Source: Candidatus Poribacteria bacterium
Lineage (GTDB): Bacteria > Poribacteria > WGA-4E > PCPOR2b
Assembly: GCA_965208325.1 (NCBI GenBank)
Contig: OZ242326.1
Coordinates: forward strand, 32,001-96,000
DNA length: 64,000 nucleotides
Direction of reading: 5' to 3'
Shown: positions 20,568-30,541 of the stretch, piece after piece
Numbering within the stretch: the first letter of the stretch is position 1
Layout of the letters: every line of letters starts with the position of its first letter
Position numbers and translations under genes: made by a program
Notes under the pieces: generated by a model
The model's input: only the letters and a program-made list of their open reading frames with translations
What the model was told of the DNA's origin: nothing
Databases searched by the model: none

Positions 20568-21869
20568 TTACTCTGTTCTCAACGCTTCAATGGGTGAAAG
20601 CCGCGCGGCTTTCACCGCGGGATACAGTCCAAAGGAGACACCGATTGCAGCCGAAAAAGCGACGGAAATAATCGCCCACTCCACAGTGATGAAAGACGGC
20701 CAATAATTAATGATTTTCACAATTTTAATTGCAATCTGTGCCATGCCGTATCCCGCAGCAGCGCCTAACGCGATACCTAGCAGACCGCCGACGCTGCACA
20801 TCACGACCGATTCCACAAGAAACTGCAATAGTATATCCTTGCGTTTTGCACCAAGCGCTTTTCGCAGGCCAATTTCTCGCGTGCGTTCGGTGACCGAGAC
20901 CAACATGATGTTCATGATTCCGATGCCGCCGACGAGGAGCGAAACACCCGCGATGATACCGAGCACTATCTTGATCGTACGGCTAATCGTAAACAACTGC
21001 TCCATGCCTTGCCGCATCTCCCACAAGTTAAAAAAATCATCCTGGTTACCGTGCCGCTTTCGTATTGTAGCCGTGACCTCGGCCTTGGCTCTCTCCAGCA
21101 ATTCAAGGGTTTTCGCTTGGACTGTTATCATTCGGACACGATCGTTTCCCGTAAACCGCTCCTGAACGGTCGTCAAAGGTAGCAGCACGCGGTCGTCCAA
21201 ATTCCATCCAAAGCGGAGACTTGTACCACGTGGTTCCATTACGCCCACAATGGTGAACCGTTCCATGCTTTTTTCTCGCTTTGGACGTTCGCGTCGCCAA
21301 CTGTTCTGGGATTCGCGCGCAATTTTAATTTCTTTGCCAATCGGATTCTGATTTCCGAACAGTTCATTTGCTACCTCTGATCCGAGGATACAGACTTTGC
21401 TCCGGGTCTGAACATCCTCATCCGAAATAAAACGTCCGCGTTTTAACTCCCAATTCATCCCGATTCGGTAGAATGGCGTGATACCTTCGTATCCGGTGCG
21501 TTTTTCCGCGCCGCCCTCAGCCTGCACCAAAACACCGCGCCAAACCGGTAAACGCGGGATTACGCCTTCAACGGAAGGGCAATCGGCCTCAATCGCTAGC
21601 ACATCATCATATTCAAAATACTCGTTGCTGCGGTTGGGTATCCAGCGGTCGCCTTTGCGAAGGTGGTCACTGCGGTACAAAGTAAATTGGTTGGCGCCGC
21701 CGAGTTTTTGGGCGTCCTGTAGCACTATAGTTTTCGCGCCATTGCCAATTCCAATCGTCGCTAGAACGGAAGCAACACCAATGATAATTCCCAGCATAGT
21801 TAAGAGCGAGCGCAAAGTGTTCGCGCGAATTGCCGCAAACCCAACCGAAATTCCTTCGCCAAATCTCAA
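20568..21869 (-). CDS. MacB-like ABC transporter permease (paralog)
   Basis: RSLLTMLGIIIGV and GIMNIMLVSVTERTREIGLRKALGA motifs. TTG start with an AGGGAGG RBS. Confidence 0.92.
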   Translation of the reverse strand: MRFGEGISVGFAAIRANTLRSLLTMLGIIIGVASVLATIGIGNGAKTIVLQDAQKLGGANQFTLYRSDHLRKGDRWIPNRSNEYFEYDDVLAIEADCPSVEGVIPRLPVWRGVLVQAEGGAEKRTGYEGITPFYRIGMNWELKRGRFISDEDVQTRSKVCILGSEVANELFGNQNPIGKEIKIARESQNSWRRERPKREKSMERFTIVGVMEPRGTSLRFGWNLDDRVLLPLTTVQERFTGNDRVRMITVQAKTLELLERAKAEVTATIRKRHGNQDDFFNLWEMRQGMEQLFTISRTIKIVLGIIAGVSLLVGGIGIMNIMLVSVTERTREIGLRKALGAKRKDILLQFLVESVVMCSVGGLLGIALGAAAGYGMAQIAIKIVKIINYWPSFITVEWAIISVAFSAAIGVSFGLYPAVKAARLSPIEALRTE

Positions 21870-21967
21870 ATGTATCCTCCCTACCCTTGTAATCTCGCAG
21901 ATTCCATCCGTATTTTGGACGATGCCGTTCGTAATTGGTTTATTAGTTCATGCGGTAGAATTTTGCC

Positions 21968-21995
21968 TTGACAACCCGAATCGGGTATTGATAAT
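21968..21995 (+). promoter_or_regulatory. Sigma70-type promoter for rpoZ with a palindrome in the spacer
   Basis: TTGACA-N16-GATAAT; the spacer contains ACCCGA-A-TCGGGT (21974-21986). Confidence 0.5.
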
Positions 21996-22069
21996 ATATT
22001 AAGCAGTGTCCGGAATTTCTTGGGCTAGAGTTCCAAACCTATTCAACTGTAAGTGTGAGGTCGTTCAAT

Positions 22070-22411
22070 ATGTCAGTGGTTTATCTTGAGGATATAGAGG
22101 ATCTTGTCGGAAACAAATATTTAGCCGTAAACGTAGCAGCGCGGCGCGCGCGTCAACTCAATGAAAAAGGCATTCCAATTCTCAAATTCAACGTTCGGAA
22201 ACCGGCGTCGGTAGCGTTGCAAGCACTAGTTGAGGGTGAAATCGACTATCAGCAGGTAGATCAGTTCGAAGATACTTCTGAGGAATTTTCAATTTTCAAT
22301 CCCGTTACTGAAGAATCTGACGAAGATTCGGAAATTTTTGAACAAACATTTTCCAATGAAGTGCAAGATGAAAGTACGGAAGACGTTGAAGAACCTGAAG
22401 AAGGATTGTAA
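22070..22411 (+). CDS. rpoZ: RNA polymerase omega subunit with an acidic C-terminal tail
   Basis: NKYLAVNVAARRARQL...KPASVALQ pattern; GAGG RBS before ATG 22070. Confidence 0.85.
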   Translation: MSVVYLEDIEDLVGNKYLAVNVAARRARQLNEKGIPILKFNVRKPASVALQALVEGEIDYQQVDQFEDTSEEFSIFNPVTEESDEDSEIFEQTFSNEVQDESTEDVEEPEEGL

Positions 22412-22431
22412 AAATTACACGCATGAATTTG

Positions 22432-22459
22432 CCGGCATTTAAAAGGAGATGCCGGTTTT
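22432..22459 (+). terminator. Probable intrinsic terminator after rpoZ
   Basis: CCGGCAT...ATGCCGG stem followed by TTTT. Confidence 0.5.
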
Positions 22460-23095
22460 GTGGTTCATCTTGGACGTACAACGTTTGCCGTTGTTGTCCC
22501 GGCTATTAAGATATGCAAAGGCATGAATGTAGAATAGCCGCAAGCGAGTTTTAAAACTGTCCTTCCAAACATTGAATAGGCGGATAAAGAGGGGTTTCCG
22601 AAACTATCCGCAATTCTCTCTTCCCTTGAAGCGGCGAGTCTACAGAAATACGACGCATAAGTTTCTCACCCATACCGCATTACCGTTCAGTTAACCTCCA
22701 ATATACAGTATATTTTTTGAATCCAACATTAATTGGGTATTATCGCCCTGCGGCGCGCTGCTGCCTCCGCTCAAGCGCACGCAACGATAGGTTATCTGTT
22801 CCGGTACCCGATAGACTCCGCTGCCTTGCCCGTTATCATCTCTCAAACAACCCTGAAGGAATTTAAATCTCTCCCAAATTGCGGTGGTAAACTGCCAATG
22901 TGCATGTGCTATTGGAGTCTCCTCGCGGAATTCAATCGCATCACAGATGACCGTTATTTGCGCTCATAAATGATATCAGGGTTAATTGGGATTGTCAATG
23001 CTACGCGGGAGCGGTTGTCACCTTGGTGAAATCTTGGTATGCCGTGTTTTCTCTTGTAATTTTATGGCTGATTTGCTATAATAGCACGCATAATT

Positions 23096-24001
23096 ATGCG
23101 GCGTTTCCTGAAAGATTGCTGTTATGCATTTGCAGCGAGATGTATCAGCCAATGTATTGCCCCACTCCCCCGCCGGCTTGCGTTATCCCTTGGGACGGCT
23201 TTGGCAACCGCTGTTTTTTGGTTTTCGCGTTGCGAAAGGAACCGTACCTGTAGGCATCTTGTATCGCGCCTAGAACTTGATGGTCCGGTAGTTGTCCAGA
23301 GGCTTGCCCAACGTTGCTTTCAAAACATGGGGAAAAACGTGATGGAATTCATTCAGCTTCCACACATGCCCCCCCGGAAGATTCGCCAGATAGTTACGTT
23401 TGAAGGTAAGGCAAATATCGATCGGGCGCTCAATCGTGGCAACGGGGCAATTATTTTGACAGGGCACTTTGGCAATTGGGAACTGCTCGCAGCGGGTATT
23501 GCCGCGAATGGGTATCGGTTGAGTTCCATCGCTCGCCAGTTGCGTTCTAAGCGCCTGGACACACTTGTTTCCGCTTATCGTGAAAAGTCGGGGTATGCTA
23601 GCATTGACCGGGATAACGGCATCCGCCCAGCACTACGTTGCTTGAAACGAAATGAGTTGCTTGGCATCGTGGCAGATGTTGATACGCGTACAGATGGTGT
23701 CTATGTCGATTTTCTTGGGCGGCCCGCTTATACCCCCTATAGTCCAGTGGCAATCGCGCTCAAGACAGGCGCAGCGATATTGCCGACGTTTATTATTCGT
23801 CAACCGGATGAATCGCACCGCGCTATTGTTGAACCGCCGTTAGCTCTAAAACAGAGCGGAGACCGTGAGCGTGATTACATCTTCAATACCCAAAAGTTTA
23901 CGAACGTGATTGAGTCTTATGTTCGGCGATTTCCCGAACAATGGATTTGGATGCATGAACGCTGGAGAACACAGCCCCATATAAAACCTGATGACAAGTA
24001 A
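23096..24001 (+). CDS. Lipid A late acyltransferase family (LpxL/HtrB-like)
   Basis: TGHFGNWEL, DFLGRPA and PEQWIWMHERW motifs; lies upstream of lptCAB. Confidence 0.9.
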   Translation: MRRFLKDCCYAFAARCISQCIAPLPRRLALSLGTALATAVFWFSRCERNRTCRHLVSRLELDGPVVVQRLAQRCFQNMGKNVMEFIQLPHMPPRKIRQIVTFEGKANIDRALNRGNGAIILTGHFGNWELLAAGIAANGYRLSSIARQLRSKRLDTLVSAYREKSGYASIDRDNGIRPALRCLKRNELLGIVADVDTRTDGVYVDFLGRPAYTPYSPVAIALKTGAAILPTFIIRQPDESHRAIVEPPLALKQSGDRERDYIFNTQKFTNVIESYVRRFPEQWIWMHERWRTQPHIKPDDK

Positions 24002-24602
24002 ACTTTATATGAAATTTCGCCGACTTTCCTTGGCCGTCTGCCTAATATGTCTCGCTTCCAGTTGTGATAGAGGGCAGGATGAGCCAACACAGACCAACGA
24101 CGAAAATCCTGAACAAATTTTACAACAGTTTTCAACTAAGCATACAGAGTCCGGTGTGACAAAATGGACATTGATAGCCGATTCGGGGGAGTTCATGGAA
24201 TCGGTAGTGTACGTGCAGAACCCAACGGTTCAAATCTTTGAGGACGGTCAAGTCACACTCACAGTGACCGGAGACCGCGGTGAAATTATTGAGTCAAACA
24301 ATAATCTCAAAATCTTTGATAATGTTGTCGGGATTAGCCAAAATGGGATATTGTACACCGACGAACTTCATTGGCACAACCGGAGTGGCAAATTATTCGC
24401 CCCGAACGAATCAGAGATTGTTCGCGGTGATTCAACAATGGTTGGTCAAGAGATGGAAAGCCGCCCATCGCTTGAAGTTGTCACGATGAATCTCGTTCGG
24501 TTTAATTTTTACTCTAGAGATGAGAAGATAGATGCAACGGAACCCGTTGTAGAAAATGACATTTCGCATAACAAAGGAATCACAAATGCAGGAACACGCT
24601 GA
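23991..24602 (+). CDS. lptC: LPS export protein LptC
   Basis: KWTLIADSG...LYTDELHW beta-jellyroll pattern, N-terminal anchor and operon position. Confidence 0.8.
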   Translation: MTSKLYMKFRRLSLAVCLICLASSCDRGQDEPTQTNDENPEQILQQFSTKHTESGVTKWTLIADSGEFMESVVYVQNPTVQIFEDGQVTLTVTGDRGEIIESNNNLKIFDNVVGISQNGILYTDELHWHNRSGKLFAPNESEIVRGDSTMVGQEMESRPSLEVVTMNLVRFNFYSRDEKIDATEPVVENDISHNKGITNAGTR

Positions 24603-25470
24603 TTCGAGGCAAGATAACCGTCTGATTTCGTTTGGCTGCGCAGCCGCAATAACGCGGCTGATGATTTCAATATGTTTTTTATCCTTCATACCGTATTCAA
24701 CTGATGCCGCTGTTGAAAATGTTACTGCACAGAAGCCAGTCGAAACGAGTCAGGCTAGCGCGGATGAAGATGAGGATTTCCTCATTTGTAAACATGCGGA
24801 TCAGCTCTATCAGGATGACAAAAAAGGGTTTACAGTCTTGACGGGCAATGTTGAGCTTGAGATGTCCAACGGATTCCTGAACGCCGATAAGGTTACTCTC
24901 TATAGAAATGTTGAGACTGATAAATTAACTGAAACCATCGCTGAAGGCAATGTTCAGATGAAAGAAGGTCAGGCTATAGCGTCCAGCGATCGCGCGGTTT
25001 TGAACCACATAGACGACATTGTGAATCTCCACGATAACGTCGTCGTTATCCAAGAAGAAGATCGGTTGGAGGCGGCGAATATGATCTTTAACCGGCGGAC
25101 GGGCGTGCAAACAGCAGAGGGGAAGCCGGTAAAAATCACACGTCCCGATGGTTTTCTGAATGGGAACAGAGTGGAGATTTACAAGAATCTCGAGACGGAT
25201 GAAATCACCAAAATCATTGCCCAAGAACTGGTAGAAATGCGCGATGAGGACATTTTTGCGACGAGCGATTACGCCGATTTGAATCAGGTGGATGACACTG
25301 TAGATTTGCGCGAAAACGTCGTAGTTATACAGGAGGAAGATCGATTGGAAGCTAAATCCTTTACCTATAATCGGCGGACTGGCAAACGTGTCGGCAAAGG
25401 AAGCGTTAAATTCCGGGTTCGAATTAGCCAGAAAAATGAGGATGAGCAAGAATCAAACAACGAGCAGTAA
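24556..25470 (+). CDS. lptA: LptA/OstA family LPS transport protein with tandem duplicated domain
   Basis: LTGNV, AEGNV and two copies of NVVVIQEEDRLEA..NRRTG; lies between lptC and lptB. Start uncertain. Confidence 0.75.
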   Translation: MTFRITKESQMQEHADSRQDNRLISFGCAAAITRLMISICFLSFIPYSTDAAVENVTAQKPVETSQASADEDEDFLICKHADQLYQDDKKGFTVLTGNVELEMSNGFLNADKVTLYRNVETDKLTETIAEGNVQMKEGQAIASSDRAVLNHIDDIVNLHDNVVVIQEEDRLEAANMIFNRRTGVQTAEGKPVKITRPDGFLNGNRVEIYKNLETDEITKIIAQELVEMRDEDIFATSDYADLNQVDDTVDLRENVVVIQEEDRLEAKSFTYNRRTGKRVGKGSVKFRVRISQKNEDEQESNNEQ

Positions 25471-25490
25471 ACCGTTGAGGCAAGCAAAGC

Positions 25491-26231
25491 GTGTCGATTA
25501 AACTTCAAACCCACGGACTTGTTAAGAGATATTCGCGGCGCGGCCCCATTGTTGTCAATCAAGTAAGTATTGAAGTAGCAACCGGCAAAATAGTTGGGTT
25601 GCTCGGCCCAAATGGGGCTGGAAAATCAACCACATTTTACATGGTTGTTGGATTGATACACCCAAACGCCGGACGGATTACTTTTGATGAAAAGGACATC
25701 ACCCATGTACCCATGTACAAGCGGGCGCGCCTTGGAATAGGGTATCTCTCGCAAGAGACTTCAATATTTCGAAAACTGACCGTTGAACAGAACATCTTAG
25801 CAGTTCTCGAAGCGCTTGATATTCGCAAAGATGAGCGTAAACGAAGGTGCAATCAGCTCATGGAAGAACTCGGCATTTCCGAGTTGGCGAAGCGGAAAGC
25901 ATACACCCTGTCAGGGGGAGAATGTCGGCGCGCTGAAATTGCAAGGGCGTTAGCAGCTTCCCCATCATTTATTTTGTTGGATGAACCGTTTTCTGGAATT
26001 GATCCAATCGCCGTTCAGGACATCAAAGAACTAATTACACACCTACGCGACCGGAATATCGGAGTGTTAATAACAGATCACAATGCAGCAGAAACACTTG
26101 GGATTGTCGATCTCGCTTATTTGATTACGGGCGGAAAAATTACGCTCAGCGGTACGCCTGAAACATTGCTCGAAAGCGAAATTGCCAGAGAACGGTACTT
26201 TGGTCATAGTTTTGAGTTGTATAGATTATAG
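25491..26231 (+). CDS. lptB: LPS export ABC transporter ATP-binding protein
   Basis: GPNGAGKST, LSGGECRR, LDEPFSGIDP and ITDHN motifs. Confidence 0.95.
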   Translation: MSIKLQTHGLVKRYSRRGPIVVNQVSIEVATGKIVGLLGPNGAGKSTTFYMVVGLIHPNAGRITFDEKDITHVPMYKRARLGIGYLSQETSIFRKLTVEQNILAVLEALDIRKDERKRRCNQLMEELGISELAKRKAYTLSGGECRRAEIARALAASPSFILLDEPFSGIDPIAVQDIKELITHLRDRNIGVLITDHNAAETLGIVDLAYLITGGKITLSGTPETLLESEIARERYFGHSFELYRL

Positions 26232-26268
26232 ATTAAGTCTAGGTGTCGAGTGATAGAGGAGCCGTGCG

Positions 26269-27990
26269 ATGCACATTGGACTCAAACAGGTTTCGAGCAT
26301 GAAGTCACAACAGAAACTCATCATGACACCAAAGTTGCAACAAGCAATTAAGGTGCTTCTAATGTCACGCCTGGATCTCACACAACATATGAATGAAAAG
26401 TTACAGGAAAATCCTCTTTTGGACGAAGTTTTGGTTGAAGATTTAGAAATCGAATCATTAGACGGCTTAGATGAATTGGATCCGGATACAGATTGGAATG
26501 AACCTGGTGAGATACTGGACCGCGCAGATAAAGAACCGGATATCGATTGGGAAAGTTTTTTTGATGATATGGTAAGCATTAGCGAAAGGGAGACCTTTCA
26601 AGAGAGGGCAGACAGCGATGCACCTCAAGCGGATATCGCGCAACTTCAAACATTGCACGAATTTTTGATGGCACAACTAAACGATGTGCCTTTTTCGGAC
26701 ATAGAGCGAAAAATCGGCGAACAGATTATTGGCAATCTTGATGATACCGGCCAGTTGAATGTCGCTCCCCTGTTTAGCGTCCCTTTGGAGTTGCGGAGTA
26801 ATTTAGACAGCGGTAATCTGCCAGAAGAATTGCGAAGTGAATTTGAAAATAATGAAATCACGTTTTCACAAAAAGTCTCGATTTCTGCGAAAGGTTGTGA
26901 CAGCACTGATACAAAAAGGTGGCGGATAACCGATGAAGATAATGAGCAGATTTATACTGTCAGTGTAGATGAGGATAAGCTAAACATTTACGGCATCACG
27001 CTGGAAGAAATTGCAGAGGACATCGGTTGTGAGGTGTGTTTAGTTGAAAATGTGCTTCGATTTATTCAACGGAATTTTGAGCCGACTGGTATTGCATACC
27101 GCACGATTCCAGAGTCGCTGCTTGTTCAGATTGACGCCGTTAAAATGGACCAGCCCCTTGTGCGAGAAATTGTCAAATGCCACTTTGATGATTTGATGAA
27201 TAACCTCATACCGCGGATTGCCAAAAATTTAGATGTGGGAATTGACGCAGTTTTAAAAGCAAAGGAGTTAATCGGAACACTTAATCCATATCCAGGCCGG
27301 CACTTTTCAGATCGGTCGGATCCAAAACGATTTAATGATAGGAAGCGGTTCGCAAGTTCGATTGTGCCTGATATTATCGTGGAAAAGGGAGAAAGGGGAT
27401 ACCGCTTCATTACAAATGATGACGGAATGCCCCGACTACGATTGAATCCACTTTATGTCAATATGATGCGAAATGGAGATTCGGTGCTCGACAAAAACAC
27501 AAAAACTTGGTTGAATAATCAAAAAAACCTAGCTATTGATTTGTTAAAAAGTGTTGACCAGCGGCATCGCACTATCAAGAAAGTGACTGAGGCGATATTT
27601 CAAATACAATCGGAATTTCTTGAACAAGGGGTGAAAGCACTTAAACCGTTGGTACTGAAGCAGATCGCTGATATGGCTGATGTACACGAGTCCACAGTCA
27701 GTCGGGTCACATCGAACAAATACGTGCAAACCCCGCAAGGGATTTACAATCTCAAGTTTTTCTTTAGCAGTGAACTGCATACCGATTCCGGCGGTAATGT
27801 AGCTGTCACTTCTGTCAAAGAGAAAATCAAAGACATGATTGATAAGGAAGATACAGCTAAACCGCTGAGCGATCAGACAATTTCTGACATGCTGAAAGTT
27901 GACGGGATTCACGCCGCGAGACGGACAGTTGCTAAATACCGAGAAGAGCTCGGTATTCTTTCTTCCAATAAGCGGAAACGGAAATGGTAA
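26269..27990 (+). CDS. rpoN: RNA polymerase sigma-54 factor
   Basis: MTPKLQQAI, HESTVSR and RpoN box ARRTVAKYRE. Confidence 0.97.
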   Translation: MHIGLKQVSSMKSQQKLIMTPKLQQAIKVLLMSRLDLTQHMNEKLQENPLLDEVLVEDLEIESLDGLDELDPDTDWNEPGEILDRADKEPDIDWESFFDDMVSISERETFQERADSDAPQADIAQLQTLHEFLMAQLNDVPFSDIERKIGEQIIGNLDDTGQLNVAPLFSVPLELRSNLDSGNLPEELRSEFENNEITFSQKVSISAKGCDSTDTKRWRITDEDNEQIYTVSVDEDKLNIYGITLEEIAEDIGCEVCLVENVLRFIQRNFEPTGIAYRTIPESLLVQIDAVKMDQPLVREIVKCHFDDLMNNLIPRIAKNLDVGIDAVLKAKELIGTLNPYPGRHFSDRSDPKRFNDRKRFASSIVPDIIVEKGERGYRFITNDDGMPRLRLNPLYVNMMRNGDSVLDKNTKTWLNNQKNLAIDLLKSVDQRHRTIKKVTEAIFQIQSEFLEQGVKALKPLVLKQIADMADVHESTVSRVTSNKYVQTPQGIYNLKFFFSSELHTDSGGNVAVTSVKEKIKDMIDKEDTAKPLSDQTISDMLKVDGIHAARRTVAKYREELGILSSNKRKRKW

Positions 27991-28020
27991 TTGACAATTG
28001 GTCAGCCAAGGGAGGTTGAT

Positions 28021-28578
28021 ATGCAGATGCATATTACCGGTCGTCATGTTGAGGTTACGGATGATGTTCGAGGCTATGTTGAAAAACGCGTGAAGAAAAT
28101 TGAAGCCATATTTAATCGCATTATTGATTTGCAGTTGGTTATCGAGCTGGAAAAAAATCGATATTTTGCTGAAATCGTTCTTGCAACGGCGAAGGCGACG
28201 TTCCACGCGCAAGGCGAAACTCATGACATCTTCTCTAGTCTAGATTCTGTTATGGACAAAATAGAACGGCAGATTCGACGTCACAAGGAAAGAATAAAGG
28301 ATTGGCGCCGCCGCCCACCGCAGGATCGTGCTGCGGGGCAGTTAAAAGATTCGGCTGCTCACGAGGATAGCAGTGCTTTGCGAGATGTGCCGTCTCAAAT
28401 TGTGAGTGTCCCGGAGAAATTTGCGTCTAAACCGATGACGGTAGAAGAAGCTGTAATGCAATTGAGTACGTCTGATGAAGCGCTTCTGCTTTTTTTAAAT
28501 GCCGAAACAAACCAGATTAATCTGGTTTATGAACATGAGAGCAGAGGATACGGCTGGGTCGAACCGCAATTCACTTAG
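28021..28578 (+). CDS. hpf: Ribosome hibernation promoting factor (long HPF)
   Basis: ITGRHVEVT, KIERQIRRHKE and C-terminal KPMTVEEAVMQL; GGAGG RBS before ATG 28021. Confidence 0.93.
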   Translation: MQMHITGRHVEVTDDVRGYVEKRVKKIEAIFNRIIDLQLVIELEKNRYFAEIVLATAKATFHAQGETHDIFSSLDSVMDKIERQIRRHKERIKDWRRRPPQDRAAGQLKDSAAHEDSSALRDVPSQIVSVPEKFASKPMTVEEAVMQLSTSDEALLLFLNAETNQINLVYEHESRGYGWVEPQFT

Positions 28579-28615
28579 AATGTGCCTGCGGCAAGACAGA
28601 CTGGCGGAGTTTATA

Positions 28616-29629
28616 ATGCCAAATTCGATGACCGTTCGTAAACTGATACGATATGCAGGTTACGAACTACAACTAGAGGCGGCTGCCGGATCTGAAGGGT
28701 TAGAACGATTAATCGAAACCGCAGAATCAAACCGCCCCGGTCTGGCGCTCTGCGGGCATTATCAGCATTTTGGTTATAATCGCGTGCAAATTTTTGGGCA
28801 TGGCGAAATATCATATTTGGAAAGCCTTGATTCATCCGCGCGTGCTGAAATCTTAGAGGAATTGTCATCATATCCAATTCCTTGTGTTGTAGTGACAAGC
28901 GGCTCTCCGGTGCCTCCAGAACTTGCGGCTATCGGCAATCAAAACAACATCCCGATTTTAACCACAAGCTTATCTTCATCTGTCTTTACGACGCGATTGC
29001 TGCTTTTCTTGGAGGATGAGTTTGGCCCCGCTGAATATGTCCATGGAAATTTGGTTGATGTCTTTGGTGTGGGCGTCCTGATTCTAGGTAAAAGTGGAAT
29101 CGGAAAAAGTGAATGTACGCTTGAGCTCTTGCAACGGGGGCATCGTTTAATTGCCGATGATAGCGTTTTGTTGAAGCGAGTTTCAGGGCATCGTGTTTTT
29201 GGGATACGGATGCAGCCGCTCAGGCACTACATGGAAGTTCGCGGCCTAGGGATTATTGATGTTATCACGTTGTTTGGCGTGACGGCTGTCGGCAATCGCA
29301 AACAGGTTGAACTTGTCGTAACCCTCGAAATTTGGGATGAAAACAAAAAATACAATCGAACAGGACTTGATGAGGATTTTTACAGTCTACACAACGAAAA
29401 AATCCCCCATACCGTCATCCCAGTCGGTCCCGGAAGAAACCTTTCGAATTTGGTTGAAGTTGCCGCTATGAACCTCTGGGGCAAAAAATTGGGATTTCAT
29501 GCCGAAAAGGATTTAAATCAGGCGATTGCTGATATGATGCATACCAAAAATGAGGAAATAGTCCTTGATGAATGGCAGCATGAAGCGCTCCATCAGGGAA
29601 TTATTCATCCAACAGAATCAGAAACTTGA
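28616..29629 (+). CDS. hprK: HPr kinase/phosphorylase
   Basis: NRPGLAL, GKSGIGKSE, LIADD, EVRGLGII and GRNL motifs; GGAG RBS before ATG 28616. Confidence 0.95.
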   Translation: MPNSMTVRKLIRYAGYELQLEAAAGSEGLERLIETAESNRPGLALCGHYQHFGYNRVQIFGHGEISYLESLDSSARAEILEELSSYPIPCVVVTSGSPVPPELAAIGNQNNIPILTTSLSSSVFTTRLLLFLEDEFGPAEYVHGNLVDVFGVGVLILGKSGIGKSECTLELLQRGHRLIADDSVLLKRVSGHRVFGIRMQPLRHYMEVRGLGIIDVITLFGVTAVGNRKQVELVVTLEIWDENKKYNRTGLDEDFYSLHNEKIPHTVIPVGPGRNLSNLVEVAAMNLWGKKLGFHAEKDLNQAIADMMHTKNEEIVLDEWQHEALHQGIIHPTESET

Positions 29630-29794
29630 ATGTGTTCATGGTTGCATAGTGATTTCTTCGCCACGGTCATTTGAAACAATGATTTGAGGTTGGCGAAATT
29701 GAGAATAGAAAAACGTGTTATCCTTTAAATTTGCAACCGTAGTAATGAAAACAGGTCCGTGTTCGTTCAGTGATTCGATGGTTTGGTAGCATTT

Positions 29795-30061
29795 ATGCTT
29801 GAAAAAGTGGTGACAATCAGTAATTCACTCGGTTTGCATCTGCGGGCGGCAGGGTTGTTTGCTCAAGTCGCGAATCGGTATGTTTCACATATTTATGTAA
29901 AAAAAGGCTCTATGAAGGTGAACGCCAAGAGTACTATGGGGGTAATGATGTTGGCAGCAGGCGAAGGCACTCAACTCACTCTCATCGCGGATGGTGCTGA
30001 TGAATTAGAGGCAATTGATGCGCTGACAGAATTAGTGGAAATCGGGTTCCACGAAGAATGA
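29795..30061 (+). CDS. ptsH: Phosphocarrier protein HPr
   Basis: GLHLRAA (His15 site) and NAKSTMGVMML (Ser46 site). Confidence 0.93.
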   Translation: MLEKVVTISNSLGLHLRAAGLFAQVANRYVSHIYVKKGSMKVNAKSTMGVMMLAAGEGTQLTLIADGADELEAIDALTELVEIGFHEE

Positions 30062-30271
30062 ACCTCCCTGTATTTCGCCCTACCGAATTACAAAATTCGC
30101 GATGTACAGCCGTGAAAATTTTGAGCTAGCAATCCTACCAATCTCCTACAGATTCACGAGTTGCGGCGTATTGTGACCACACCTTCCCTGCCAACAGCCC
30201 TATAACAATTGACGAAAGGTAGGTGCATATTTTGTACCTGCCCACAGCACTTCCCATGTATCATTGCTTAA

Positions 30272-30480
30272 TATGCGTCTGAAATGCCCATTCGCAGTAC
30301 CGACACAGCCAATCATTCAGCCGTCAGCAGACTCGTGATAAAATCCTTAACACCTAGCGATTCTATCCGGACGCGGCTATGTCTGAACTTGATAATGAAA
30401 TTGATCCCGTGATATACTCACTAATCAGTGTCACCGGCGAAGAAATTGCGATTGCGTGGAAAAACTCCACCTTAGTTTGA
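30272..30480 (+). pseudogene. Degraded C-terminal fragment resembling a type IIG/Eco57I-like restriction-modification enzyme
   Basis: Manual translation across a frameshift and a stop gives EMPI...SRLV/DKIL..*..PDAAMSELDNEIDPVIYSLISVTGEEIAI. This resembles the 'LVDKIL...ADTSALEREIDQLVYELYGLTEEEIAIV' terminus of such enzymes. Confidence 0.5.
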
Positions 30481-30541
30481 GATTTAACAGATACGGCGGA
30501 TAGCACCAATTTAAAAATCCGGGTCATATTAACTTAGATAG

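Noticed and set aside
22733..22969. 78-aa plus-strand ORF
   Set aside because: TTG start without an RBS and no recognisable family.
27544..28224. 226-aa antisense ORF over rpoN/hpf and the many other shadow ORFs in the track
   Set aside because: They lie antisense to or out of frame with well-supported genes.
28499..28615. Longer hprK start
   Set aside because: It overlaps hpf; ATG 28616 has an RBS and fits the family N-terminus.
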